This document shows, in pieces, positions 47,890 to 58,048 of a stretch of DNA of 64,000 bases. Position 1 is the stretch's first letter. Every line of letters begins with the position of its first letter. The position numbers and the translations under genes were made by a program. The notes beneath the pieces were generated by a model that saw only the letters and a list, made by a program, of their open reading frames with translations, searched no databases and was not told the origin of the DNA. Origin of the DNA: Candidatus Hydrogenedentota bacterium (lineage in GTDB: Bacteria > Hydrogenedentota > Hydrogenedentia > Hydrogenedentales > SLHB01); assembly GCA_963674865.2 (NCBI GenBank), contig CAXXYE010000004.1:672001-736000 (forward strand), written 5' to 3'.

Positions 47890-49101
47890 TCAACAGCCGA
47901 ACCGCTCCTTGACGATAGCCTCGAGCGCGCGCAGGCGATGGGCGTATGTATGCTCGCTTAGGATTCGTCGCCGTGCATTCGATGCGATCCGCCGACGCGC
48001 CTCCGAGTGTCCCCTATAAAACTTGAGCAGGTCCCGGCACTCGTCGATGGAGGCATAGCACGCCGTTTCCTGCTCAAGGTCGAACAGCTCGCCAAGTTCG
48101 GCCTGCGCATCCGTCAAAAGGAACCCGCCGGCAGCCGGACAGTCAAATACGCGCTGATTCACCGTGCTCGGCATCTGAATGCTCGTCACGTTCAGGTTCA
48201 CCTCGCAGAGGCGGTAGAAGCCGGGAAGGTCCTCGACGTAATTGACGGCTCCCCGCGCCCCGGGCACAACACGCCGCCACTCCTCATCGCCCCGCACTTC
48301 GAGCCCATCCGGCGCCAGCGCTTCCACAAGCTCCCGCCGGAGCCGGCGCGTGCCTTCGACAAACATGAGTAGCTCCGCGTGCCGCTTCTGATCGGCATCG
48401 AGCCGCTCGAGCAGCCCGCCTTCCAGCATCGCGTCAAGCCCTTGCCCAAACCGCTCCCGCGTCACGCTGCCTTCATCGAAAGCATGCCGCACCGCATCGG
48501 CAAGCTTCGCGTGGTCTTCAAGCCACGCCCATTCACGCTCCGCAAAAGAGATCATCGAATTCCCGACGAAGGTGGGAGGGAAGACCCAGGTATCCGCCGG
48601 TTCCGCGTTGAAAACGTGCGGATCGACGGCCAGCGGCAGGTGGTGGACGGCAGGAAACCCCACCGAGCCCAGGTAGTCGACGTAGGCGGCGTCCCACGTC
48701 AGCGCGACGCTGTAGGCGGAAGCAAACGCGGAATTGCCCATGATGATCGTGCGGGGATCATCCACAAACCACGTCACGTAAGGTATCTGCAGATCCTCGA
48801 AAAGCCCGGCGAACAGCCCATCCACATCCATCCCGCTCAGATTGACTGATAAGATGAAGTCCGGCTTGAACTCCCCGAGCGTTCGCAGCAGTTCCTCAAG
48901 AGACGCCCGCGGCAACACCCCTTCGAGCGGCACGGGCACGGTGGCAAGCGTCCAGCCCAAATCCCGCGCGGCATGAATGCAGGCCGAGTCAAGCCAGTAC
49001 TGACTCTGGAGAATGAGTATCCGCGTCTCATCTCCCGCGAACTTGTCGTACGACAGGAGTTCCCGCATCCGCTTCGAGACAGTCAGCCGACGGTTCACCA
49101 T
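47890..49101 (-). CDS. CgeB-like glycosyltransferase, paralog 2
   Basis: TWFVDDP, PLAVDP, VNQRVFDCPAAGGFLLTD, HTYAHRL. Confidence 0.85.
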   Translation of the reverse strand: MVNRRLTVSKRMRELLSYDKFAGDETRILILQSQYWLDSACIHAARDLGWTLATVPVPLEGVLPRASLEELLRTLGEFKPDFILSVNLSGMDVDGLFAGLFEDLQIPYVTWFVDDPRTIIMGNSAFASAYSVALTWDAAYVDYLGSVGFPAVHHLPLAVDPHVFNAEPADTWVFPPTFVGNSMISFAEREWAWLEDHAKLADAVRHAFDEGSVTRERFGQGLDAMLEGGLLERLDADQKRHAELLMFVEGTRRLRRELVEALAPDGLEVRGDEEWRRVVPGARGAVNYVEDLPGFYRLCEVNLNVTSIQMPSTVNQRVFDCPAAGGFLLTDAQAELGELFDLEQETACYASIDECRDLLKFYRGHSEARRRIASNARRRILSEHTYAHRLRALEAIVKERFGC

Positions 49102-49270
49102 ACGGCGATGATAGCAGCCCGGCCCAGCGGCCTCAACGGTTCAGCGCAAGATAACCCCGATAATGACCCGCATATCATTGCTTTCTCTCGACTCAATTGA
49201 TTCCCCCCATATCCCATGCTATCGTCAAACCAGTAGCTGCGTATCTCAAAACCCCGTCTGGAGAGAGAGG

Positions 49271-51406
49271 ATGAAGAGTATCTGTCTTGGCGTGGTGCTT
49301 CTTCGCTCGGCTCTGCCCGTGGAGCCGGCAATGCCGCCCGATAACACCTGTTTTCAAACGGCCTCTCCTTATGGCCCTGCCATTGATATCGGCTCGGACA
49401 TGGCCATTGTCTACGGCGTCAACGACACCTTCGCCGAGCGCGTCGCCGGATGGCGCGAGCACGGCTACAACGTCGGGATGATGACCGGCATCGCCTGGGG
49501 CGGCTACGGCGACTACTACATGTCCAACGGCGTCTTCAAGAAGGAGGAGGTGCAAACGGCCAAGGACGGCAGGCTGTTCATGCACGGCAATAGCACGACC
49601 GTCGGCTACAATGTCCCCTCCGATTCCTACATCGCCTACATCAAGCGGATGGTTGAGCCTGCCGTGGATGCCGGCGTCGCTGCGATCTTTCTCGAAGAGC
49701 CCGAATATTGGGCAAAGACGGGATGGAGCGAGGGATTCAAACAGGCCTGGCAGCAGTTCTACGGCGAACCGTGGGCGCCGCCCGATGCAAGCGTGGACGC
49801 CCAGTATCGCGCCAGCCGCCTCAAGTACGAGCTGTACTACCGCGCCCTGAAGGAGGTATTCGCCCACGTCAAGGCCCGCGCCAAAGACCAAGGCCGCGAA
49901 ATCGACTGTGTCGTGCCGACGCACAGCCTCATCAACTACGCACAATGGCGCATCGTAAGTCCCGAATCCCATCTTGTCGATCTGGACGAACTCGACGGCT
50001 ACATCGCTCAAGTGTGGACAGGCACGGCCCGCTCGGCCAACAAGTTCCGGGGCGTCGTCAAGGAACGCACCTTCGAGACGGCCTACCTAGAGTACGGACA
50101 GATGCTCAGCATGGTGCGGCCCACCGGACGGAAGGTCTGGTTCCTTGCGGATCCCGTCGAAGACAATCCCAACCGCAGTTGGAATGACTACAAGCGCAAC
50201 TACGAATGCACCGTGGTAGCGTCGCTCCTGTGGCCGGAAGTCCACCGGTATGAGGTGATGCCCTGGCCCCGCCGCATATTCAAGGGCGCCTACCCGAAGG
50301 TAGATCTCGACGAGAAGGCCGCTGACCGGGAAGGCATTCCAGCCGACTACGCATCCGAGATCCTGGTGATTATCAACGCCCTCAACGAAATGGGCCAGAA
50401 GGAGGTGCGGCACGACACCGGCACCCGGGGCATCGGCCTGCTCGTCTCCGACACGATGATGTTTCAACGCGCCGAGCCTAGTGCAAGCGACCCCCATCTC
50501 GGCGGCTTCTATGGGCTGGCGCTGCCCTTGCTGAAGGCCGGTGTGCCCGTGGAACCCGTCCAGCTAGAGACAACGACGCAGCGAGGATGCCTCCGCCCCT
50601 ACAAAGTACTTCTCCTGACCTACGAGCATCAGAAACCGCTGAAACCCGGCTATCATGAGGCGTTGCGCAAGTGGGTGCGAAAAGGCGGCTGCCTCCTGTT
50701 CGTCGGCGAGGGCGCCGACCCCTATCACCACGTCCGCGCCTGGTGGAACGATGAGGGCCGGACCTCCGCCACGGCGCGCGATGCCCTCGTACGCTCCCTG
50801 GACGTCAGCCCGCGGGCATTCGAGAAACCCGTCAAAACTGGCCGTGGATACGTGCACTTCGTGAGCGCAAATCCCTCCCAGCTACAGGAGAATGCCGACG
50901 GGGCCGACAAGGTGCTCGACTCCGTCCGCGCACTCCTCCGCCTGCGAGGCCAGGAACTGGAAACGCAGAACCACCTCTGCATACGAAGGGGGCCCTTCGT
51001 GGTAGCCGCCGTGCTCGACGAGTCGGTATCGGAGGAGCCGCTACGGCTCGATGGGCCCTTCATCGACCTCTTCGACCCCGCTCTGCCGATCGTCACACAG
51101 TGCGTGCTTCACCCGAATGAAAGGGCACTGCTCTACGACCTGATCCAACCCGGCCCCGCCGCAGGAGTCCTCGCCGCCGCCGCGCGCGTCAAGGCCGAGC
51201 GCGTAGGGGAGGGGCAGTTGGCTTTCACCCTACGTGGGCCCGAAGGCACAACCGGCGCGGCCCGCGTGCGCCTGCCTCGTCCGCCCACGCGCGTGGCGAC
51301 TTCACCCGACGTCCATACACAGCATGAATGGGACGAGGCGACCTCGACCTTGTGGCTGTCATTCCCGAATAGGGCGGGGGACGTAGTCTTCACGGTTAAT
51401 TTCTGA
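49271..51406 (+). CDS. Secreted hypothetical protein, glycoside hydrolase-like TIM barrel + GATase-like domain
   Basis: Signal-like N-terminus, IFLEEPEYW, WVRKGGCLLFVG; aromatic-rich. Confidence 0.65.
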   Translation: MKSICLGVVLLRSALPVEPAMPPDNTCFQTASPYGPAIDIGSDMAIVYGVNDTFAERVAGWREHGYNVGMMTGIAWGGYGDYYMSNGVFKKEEVQTAKDGRLFMHGNSTTVGYNVPSDSYIAYIKRMVEPAVDAGVAAIFLEEPEYWAKTGWSEGFKQAWQQFYGEPWAPPDASVDAQYRASRLKYELYYRALKEVFAHVKARAKDQGREIDCVVPTHSLINYAQWRIVSPESHLVDLDELDGYIAQVWTGTARSANKFRGVVKERTFETAYLEYGQMLSMVRPTGRKVWFLADPVEDNPNRSWNDYKRNYECTVVASLLWPEVHRYEVMPWPRRIFKGAYPKVDLDEKAADREGIPADYASEILVIINALNEMGQKEVRHDTGTRGIGLLVSDTMMFQRAEPSASDPHLGGFYGLALPLLKAGVPVEPVQLETTTQRGCLRPYKVLLLTYEHQKPLKPGYHEALRKWVRKGGCLLFVGEGADPYHHVRAWWNDEGRTSATARDALVRSLDVSPRAFEKPVKTGRGYVHFVSANPSQLQENADGADKVLDSVRALLRLRGQELETQNHLCIRRGPFVVAAVLDESVSEEPLRLDGPFIDLFDPALPIVTQCVLHPNERALLYDLIQPGPAAGVLAAAARVKAERVGEGQLAFTLRGPEGTTGAARVRLPRPPTRVATSPDVHTQHEWDEATSTLWLSFPNRAGDVVFTVNF

Positions 51407-51478
51407 ATTCATGTCCTAGCCGCCGAGCCCCAAATCCGCGCGTAAGCCAGCCAGGTCTCGCGCCAATCGCGGAAATAC

Positions 51479-51586
51479 GCAGGCTTCCAGCCTGCCACTG
51501 ACTGTAGCGCAGGCTTCGAGCCTGCCGGAGACTGTGGCGCAGGCATCTTGCCTGCCGGAGATTGTGGTGCGGCCATCTTGCCTGCC
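51479..51586. repeat. 30-bp tandem REP-like palindromes x4
   Basis: GCAGGC-ttcca/ttcga/atctt-GCCTGC units with 30-bp period (51481, 51511, 51541, 51571). Confidence 0.85.
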
Positions 51587-51717
51587 TCCAGCGCGCGTGC
51601 TTGGGATGCAGGACCACGCTTACGTGCAGATTCCGGCCGGGTCGATGTCAATTGTGCCAAGGGGAAGGTTCTGCTACACTTTCGCCGCAGTTTCTCTTGA
51701 CGGGAGTTCAGAATTAC

Positions 51718-54201
51718 ATGATTGAAGCCAGATATGTGCAACGTATAGCAGAGGACGTCTCCGCGACGCCGGAGCAAGTGTCCGTGGCGATTCAACTGCT
51801 CGAGGACGGAGCCACGCTCCCCTTTGTCGCACGCTATCGGAAAGACGCCACGGGGTGCCTTGACGAAGCGAGCCTCGAGAAAATAACCGCGGGCAACGCC
51901 TATTTCACCGCACTTCAGGAGCGCCGCAAGGCCGTTCTCGAGTCCATTGCCAAGCAGGGCAAGCTAACGAACGAGCTGCGCGAGCGCCTCGAGAACTGCG
52001 AGGAGCAGGCCGGGCTCGAGGATCTCTACCTCCCCTACAAGAGAAAACAACGCACCAAGGCCACCCTCGCGCGAGAACAAGGCCTGGTACCTCTGGCCGA
52101 TTTCCTCTGGCAGCAGGCGCCCGGCTCGCAATCCATCGAGGAATGCGCCGGCACGTTCGTGAAGCCGGAAAAGGCCCTCAACACCGTCGAGGAAGCCCTC
52201 GATGGGGCGCGCAGTATCCTGGCGGAGCGAATCGCCCTCGATGCCGACGTGCGCCGGAGCCTTCGCGAGCGCATGATCAACGAGGGCCGCGTCTTCGCCA
52301 AAGCCACGAAGAACGCAGAAGGCAAGAAGACTAAATTCGAAGCCTATTACGACTTCTCCGAACCCGTCGCCAAAATACCGTCCCACCGCTTTCTGGCCGT
52401 CCTCCGCGGCTCGAAAGAGGGCGTGCTGCGTATGGGATTGGCCCTCGATGATGACCGCATACTCGCCGATATGCTTGCGCCGGTGCTCAAGGAGCCCGGC
52501 TCCCCATTCGAACCTGAGATACGCCGCATCATGGAGCAGGCCTACACGCAGCAGCTTCGCCCGGCCATCGAGCGGGACGTCCTGGGCCTCGTTCGACACA
52601 AGGCCGAGGACGACGCCGTACAGGTATTTCGTGCTAACGCGGAGAATCTCCTCTTAGCCCCGCCCGCCGGCGCGCTCACCATCATCGGGATGAACCCCGG
52701 AACCAAGACGGGATGCAAGGTCGCCGCCGTGGACCGAACCGGCGCCTTTCTGGAAAGCGTCACCATTTTCCCGACCGGGACAAAGGAGCAGACCGAAGAA
52801 GCCGAGAAGATCCTCCTCGCATTGATCCAGAAACACCAGGTTCAGGCCGTCGCCATCGGCAACGGCGCGACCGCCCGCGATATAGCCTCCTTCGTCAGAG
52901 GTATCCTGAAAAACGTCACCGGACAGGACGTGTTTTCGGTACTGGTAAACGACGCGGGAATAGCTGTCTACTCCGGCTCCAAGATGGCGCGAGAAGAGTT
53001 CCCCAACATGGATGCGACGGCACGAGGCGCGATCTCCATCGCCAGGCGTCTTCAAGACCCGCTGGCGGAACTCGTCAAGATAGACCCCCGCAGCATCGGC
53101 GTGGGGCAGTACCAACACGACGTGAATCAGAAACGGCTCCGTGAGGGACTGTATCGCACGGTAGTCTCCTGCGTGAACCATGTCGGGGTCGATCTAAACG
53201 CCGCATCCATCGCGCTCCTTCGGTACGTGAGCGGTGTCCAACTCGGCACCGCGCAAGCCATCGTGGGCTTCCGCGACCAGGCGAAAGGATTCCGCTCCCG
53301 TGAACAACTACTAAGCGTAGACGGGGTCGGCCCAAAGCTCTTCGAGCAGTGCGCCGGCTTCCTACGCGTCAACGACGGCGAAGACGTGCTTGATGGAACG
53401 GCCATCCACCCCGAGGCCTATCCCGTGGTTGCTGCCATCGCCGAGCGTCTCGGGGTCGAGGTCGAGCGTCTTCTCGGCAACACAGAGGTACTCGAAGGGC
53501 TCGATATGACGTCCTTCATATCGGGCAATATAGGGCCGGCGGCCTTGGAAGATATCCGCTCAGAACTCATCAAGCCCGGCCGCGACCCCCGAACCGAGTT
53601 CAAGGTCCCTGACTTCCTCGAAGGTGTCGAGACCGTGTCCGACCTCGAAGAGGGCATGGAGATGGAAGGCGTCGTTACCAACGTCACCGATTTCGGCGCC
53701 TTCGTGGACGTCGGCGTGCATCAGGACGGACTGGTTCACCTCTCGGAATTGGCAAACCGCTTTGTCGAGGACCCGCGCAAAATCGTCAAAGTGGGGGAAG
53801 TCGTCAAGGTAAAGGTCATCAAAGTCGACAGAGAGACGCCGCGCATATCGCTGTCGATGAAGGCGCTCGAACCCGCGCCCCCCCGCAAGTCCACCCGGCG
53901 GCCGCGCCGGCACAAGCACGTCCCGCCCACGGAACAAGCCCAGCCGGCGTCTGGGCAGGAACGCTCCGTGAGGGACGAAGCCGGCCCCCGAAGGCAGCGT
54001 GACGAACGCCGCAGGCCACCCTCTCCCCGATCCGAGCGAGACGGCGGGCGCGGCCCTAGAGGTCGGAGAGGCAGGCGTGGCGGCCCGAAACAGGGAACTC
54101 GCAACGCCCCCCGAAACCACCAGTCCGGTGCCACTGAAGGCCCCCTCAATACGGCCCTGGCGGAGCAATTGGCCGCGCTCAAAGACAAATTCGACTCCTG
54201 A
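51718..54201 (+). CDS. tex: Tex family RNA-binding transcriptional accessory protein
   Basis: PFVARYRKDATG, EDLYLPY, ARRLQDPLAELVKIDP.SIGVGQYQHD, S1 domain FGAFVDVGVHQDGLVH. Confidence 0.95.
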   Translation: MIEARYVQRIAEDVSATPEQVSVAIQLLEDGATLPFVARYRKDATGCLDEASLEKITAGNAYFTALQERRKAVLESIAKQGKLTNELRERLENCEEQAGLEDLYLPYKRKQRTKATLAREQGLVPLADFLWQQAPGSQSIEECAGTFVKPEKALNTVEEALDGARSILAERIALDADVRRSLRERMINEGRVFAKATKNAEGKKTKFEAYYDFSEPVAKIPSHRFLAVLRGSKEGVLRMGLALDDDRILADMLAPVLKEPGSPFEPEIRRIMEQAYTQQLRPAIERDVLGLVRHKAEDDAVQVFRANAENLLLAPPAGALTIIGMNPGTKTGCKVAAVDRTGAFLESVTIFPTGTKEQTEEAEKILLALIQKHQVQAVAIGNGATARDIASFVRGILKNVTGQDVFSVLVNDAGIAVYSGSKMAREEFPNMDATARGAISIARRLQDPLAELVKIDPRSIGVGQYQHDVNQKRLREGLYRTVVSCVNHVGVDLNAASIALLRYVSGVQLGTAQAIVGFRDQAKGFRSREQLLSVDGVGPKLFEQCAGFLRVNDGEDVLDGTAIHPEAYPVVAAIAERLGVEVERLLGNTEVLEGLDMTSFISGNIGPAALEDIRSELIKPGRDPRTEFKVPDFLEGVETVSDLEEGMEMEGVVTNVTDFGAFVDVGVHQDGLVHLSELANRFVEDPRKIVKVGEVVKVKVIKVDRETPRISLSMKALEPAPPRKSTRRPRRHKHVPPTEQAQPASGQERSVRDEAGPRRQRDERRRPPSPRSERDGGRGPRGRRGRRGGPKQGTRNAPRNHQSGATEGPLNTALAEQLAALKDKFDS

Positions 54202-54336
54202 TGCCTTCGCCTGTAGAGGTGACAACCCCTCGCGGGGGAGAGACGCGCTCCCGCGCGTCTACGCTCAAGCGAGGGGCCGCGCCGCTCGGGCCTCCAAACA
54301 CATCGTCGGACTTACGAAGCGGAGTATTCAGGCGCG

Positions 54337-56316
54337 ATGGCCGCTCCCGTCCATAGCACTCCTTCCCACCGTCGTCGCGAACTGCTCGTTTGCCTGGCGC
54401 TCGTCCTTTGCACACTGGCGGTGTATTGGCCCATCCAAGGCCACGGCTTCCTTAATCTCGACGACGGCGCATACGTCTCTCAGAACGCCCACGTCCGCGC
54501 CGGACTCACCTGGAGCAGCATTCGCTGGGCCTTCACAACAGGATACTTCTCTTACTGGCACCCCCTCACGTGGCTCTCCCATATGCTCGACTACCAGCTC
54601 TTTGCGCTGGATCCTGCCGGACATCACGCCACCAGCATTCAGTTGCACACCGCCGCCGTACTTCTCCTCTTTCTCCTGCTCAGACAGACGACGGGCAGCC
54701 TGTGGCGAAGCGCATTCGCCGCGGCCTTCTTTGCGCTCCATCCCCTCCGTGTCGAGTCGGTAGCATGGATCTCGGAGCGGAAAGACGTCCTAAGCGCCCT
54801 CTTATGGATGCTCACCATGCTCGCCTATGTCTGGTACGCGAAACGCCCGAGCATCTTGCGCTACGCCGCACTGCTCCTGTCCTTCGCACTCGGCCTGATG
54901 GCAAAACCCATGCTTGTAACCTTGCCCTTCGTCCTGCTCCTCTTCGACTACTGGCCCTTGCGACGCATAGGCAAGACATCGGAAGAATCGCCGACGAAAC
55001 CGGCGCCCGCGAAGATACTACTACTCGAAAAGGTTCCCTTATTCATCTTGGCGGCGGCCAGCGCTATCATCACGTTGGCGATCACAACACGCAGCGGCGC
55101 CGCGCCGTCGCTGACACGCCACTCGCTTCAGGCGCGAATAGCACTGTCTTTGGTCGCCTACGTCAAATACGTGGCCATGATCTTATGGCCTCACGACCTC
55201 GCAATCCTGTATCCACATCCTTCCGCGCCGTTTCCATGGTGGCAAGTAGCGGCAGCGGCTTTCTTTCTGGGCGGCATGACGCTCCTGGCGGCATTTGCGG
55301 CCAGACGCCACGGCTATCTCCCCGTCGGGTGGCTCTGGTTCCTGGTGACCCTCGTCCCGGTGATCGGCGTGGTCCAGGTGGGCACACAGTTCGTGGCGGA
55401 TCGCTGGACGTACATCCCCTCCGTCGGCATAGGCATCATGATCGTATGGGGACTCGCCGACCTCGCCTCACGATCTCCCGTGCTCAAGCGCTCGCTCGCT
55501 GCTGTCGGCGTGGTCGCTCTTGTCGCCTCTGCCGCCGCCACCGAGGTCCAGATATACCGCTGGCGCGATAATGAGGCGCTGTTTCGCCAAACGGTTCGAG
55601 TCACCGAGAACAACGTGCTCGCCCACACCAACCTGGCCCAAGCGCTGATCGAGAAAGGCAAGGTGGATGAGGCTATCGAGCACTGCGCCGAAGCACTGCG
55701 CATCAAACCCGACTACGAACAGGCCGTCAACAACCTCGGTGTGGCCCTGTTCATGAAACGGGAGCTTCGCCCGGCGAAGGCCCTGTTCCGGCGCGTGATC
55801 GAGATCAATCCGAGTCAAGTTGAGGCCTACAACAATCTCGGACGCGTTCTCGTCGAGGAACACAAGGCCACCGAAGCGGTGTCCGTATACGAAACCGCCC
55901 TCCGCATCCAACCCAACCACGTGGGGGCGCTCATCGGCCTGGCCGACGCACTATGCCAAGCACGAGAGTACGAACCGGCCATTGCTCGCTACGCGGCCGC
56001 CCTGGACCTGGACCCCGGACGGGGGGATGCGTTAAGGGGCATCGCCCATGCCCTCGCCGAATTGGGCCGGTTCGACGAAGCCGCCGCGCACTGCATGAAA
56101 GCCCTAGAACTCGACCCGGCCGACGTCGAAGCCCGCTACTACCTCGGCGTCGCCCTCGCACGCCTTGGCGCTACCGCCGACGCCATGGAATGCTTGCAGC
56201 AGGTACTGACACTGGTGCCGGACCACAAGGCCGCGCGCCAATGGCTCTCCCTCCTCGAAAGTGGGGAGGAGTTGCCCCAAGGCGCCGTCTCAAGAACGAA
56301 GCCACCGGCTCCCTGA
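54337..56316 (+). CDS. TMTC-like multi-TM protein with C-terminal TPR repeats (GT-C fold candidate)
   Basis: LDD..YV..N, WHPLTWLSH, HPLRVESVAWISERKDVLS, AKPM.VTLP, ADRWTY, TPR repeats. Confidence 0.88.
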   Translation: MAAPVHSTPSHRRRELLVCLALVLCTLAVYWPIQGHGFLNLDDGAYVSQNAHVRAGLTWSSIRWAFTTGYFSYWHPLTWLSHMLDYQLFALDPAGHHATSIQLHTAAVLLLFLLLRQTTGSLWRSAFAAAFFALHPLRVESVAWISERKDVLSALLWMLTMLAYVWYAKRPSILRYAALLLSFALGLMAKPMLVTLPFVLLLFDYWPLRRIGKTSEESPTKPAPAKILLLEKVPLFILAAASAIITLAITTRSGAAPSLTRHSLQARIALSLVAYVKYVAMILWPHDLAILYPHPSAPFPWWQVAAAAFFLGGMTLLAAFAARRHGYLPVGWLWFLVTLVPVIGVVQVGTQFVADRWTYIPSVGIGIMIVWGLADLASRSPVLKRSLAAVGVVALVASAAATEVQIYRWRDNEALFRQTVRVTENNVLAHTNLAQALIEKGKVDEAIEHCAEALRIKPDYEQAVNNLGVALFMKRELRPAKALFRRVIEINPSQVEAYNNLGRVLVEEHKATEAVSVYETALRIQPNHVGALIGLADALCQAREYEPAIARYAAALDLDPGRGDALRGIAHALAELGRFDEAAAHCMKALELDPADVEARYYLGVALARLGATADAMECLQQVLTLVPDHKAARQWLSLLESGEELPQGAVSRTKPPAP

Positions 56317-56326
56317 TCCCGCGATA

Positions 56327-57397
56327 CTACGAGCGCTTGGATAGGTATTCCCGGATCGCGTCCTCGAATTCGCCCATCAACGACTTGGCCGTGGCCGCGG
56401 ATACACTATCAAGAGACCACACGCCACGGATGCGTGCCTCGACCTCCGCCAGTTCATGCCTCATACCTGCGACACTCTCCGCTGGGAGCTCCGACGCCGC
56501 CAGATTGCCGTTGACATAGTCGAGCATCCTGGCCAACGTCCGAAGCACGGATAGGCCGTCGCCCTGCTCCGCGTGAAACCGCGCCTTCCGCGCGAAGAAC
56601 CGGCCGCTTGTGGCCGAGCCCCCGATAGACTTGCTGCGCCGGCCCTCCGAGGACTCACAGTGAAGTCGTTCGAGCGGCTCGATGACACGAGACAGCCCTG
56701 CAACGTCGATTCCGTTTGGCGCGATGATCGCCCTCATCTGCTCCATCAGCCAGGGCCGCCCCTCTCCCTCGGCAAACAACCTGAGCTGCCGGGGCCATTC
56801 GCCGCAGAGCCCGCCCGGAACGCCGTGCAACACCGCGTTGGCGACATGGTGTCCCCACGCCAATAAGCGCCATTGGCAGTTGCCCGGTTCACCTTGTTCG
56901 AGCTTGACCGCAAGCGCAGTTCTGACGTCCCTGGCCGTGTCGAGGTAGCGCGCAATCCACGCGCGCACCGACGCCCCATCCAGAAGAGTTGAAGACAAAA
57001 GGTGCGCCGCCTCGGCGACGTGGCCATGCGGATCGAAGAGGATAATCGGAAAGGCCAGCGAATAGCTCAGAATGGCATTGCTTGCGGGTGATTCTACGGC
57101 CTTGTCAATCATCGAAAGCGGCCATTCGCAGTGATCGACGAAATCGCTGCGGAACATCCGCTTGCGCGAATGCGGCTCGACATCCTCCGAAACGATCACG
57201 CCAAGATCCAAGTCGCTTGCCGCCGCAGCCGTACCCCACGCGACGGAAGAACACACGCAGATCCCAAGTGTTGGCCGCGGCTCCAGCGACTCAACATACT
57301 CGTATGCCGCCTCCAGCAGGCGCAATGAGTCGGCGCTCGGCGTCTCGGTATAGAAGTCGACTTCCGCACGCGGAACAAGCGTCCCAACCAAAGCCAT
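56327..57397 (-). CDS. Nucleotidyltransferase-fold protein
   Basis: CSSVAWGTAAAASDLDL, ILFDPHG; GGAG RBS. Confidence 0.65.
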   Translation of the reverse strand: MALVGTLVPRAEVDFYTETPSADSLRLLEAAYEYVESLEPRPTLGICVCSSVAWGTAAAASDLDLGVIVSEDVEPHSRKRMFRSDFVDHCEWPLSMIDKAVESPASNAILSYSLAFPIILFDPHGHVAEAAHLLSSTLLDGASVRAWIARYLDTARDVRTALAVKLEQGEPGNCQWRLLAWGHHVANAVLHGVPGGLCGEWPRQLRLFAEGEGRPWLMEQMRAIIAPNGIDVAGLSRVIEPLERLHCESSEGRRSKSIGGSATSGRFFARKARFHAEQGDGLSVLRTLARMLDYVNGNLAASELPAESVAGMRHELAEVEARIRGVWSLDSVSAATAKSLMGEFEDAIREYLSKRS

Positions 57398-58048
57398 CTC
57401 CTATCCTCTCCCATTGCAGAACCTCGCAGCTTCTCCACGCAAGATTAACACAGCCGCCCTCCGCCCGCGACTTGCGCAGCAAACGCGGCCCACCGAGCTG
57501 CTTGGCTTGCGGCGTAGCCGCAAACAACAGGTAAGGTTGCTTCTTCGCTATCCTAACTCGGCTCCTCGCCCCCAGCACAGGACTTCAGACCCCTCTCACC
57601 GAGCTAATCCAACGCCCGTGACGCGTTTGGAGTTCAAGCTTCAGCTTGCCCATTCGCCCCACTGCAAAGAACCACAGGCCCCCCTCACTGATCCGACCCA
57701 ACGCCCGTGACGACTTTGGCCAACACACGGCCCGGACCGGCGCTTTTCCATCGCGAATCGCTTGTGATATAAGAACACAACTGGCCACATGTTGGCTGGC
57801 CAACCAGACCTTCGTAGGAGCCGAAGACCGGAATGCGCACCATTACCTGCTGAACGGGGAAAGCGCCTCTCAAGACGCCCATCCAGGGCGAGACGCCGTG
57901 GGCGACCTCCATCGCCTGCCGCGTCGTCATAGTGCTTCGTCACACCACGGGCCCTTTCCCTACTCCTGTTGACACGGACTATTGCACGGGCGCCACATGC
58001 CGTACATTGTAGACGGCGAAATTGCGTGGCGCCGCAGGAAGGTGCCCT

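Noticed and set aside
51479..51586. Mini CRISPR
   Set aside because: The 30-bp period is too short and linkers are similar to each other; fits REP-like palindromes
52681..52720. Tex GMNPG in place of the usual GxDPG
   Set aside because: Single substitution in a domain without firmly established catalysis; too weak to interpret
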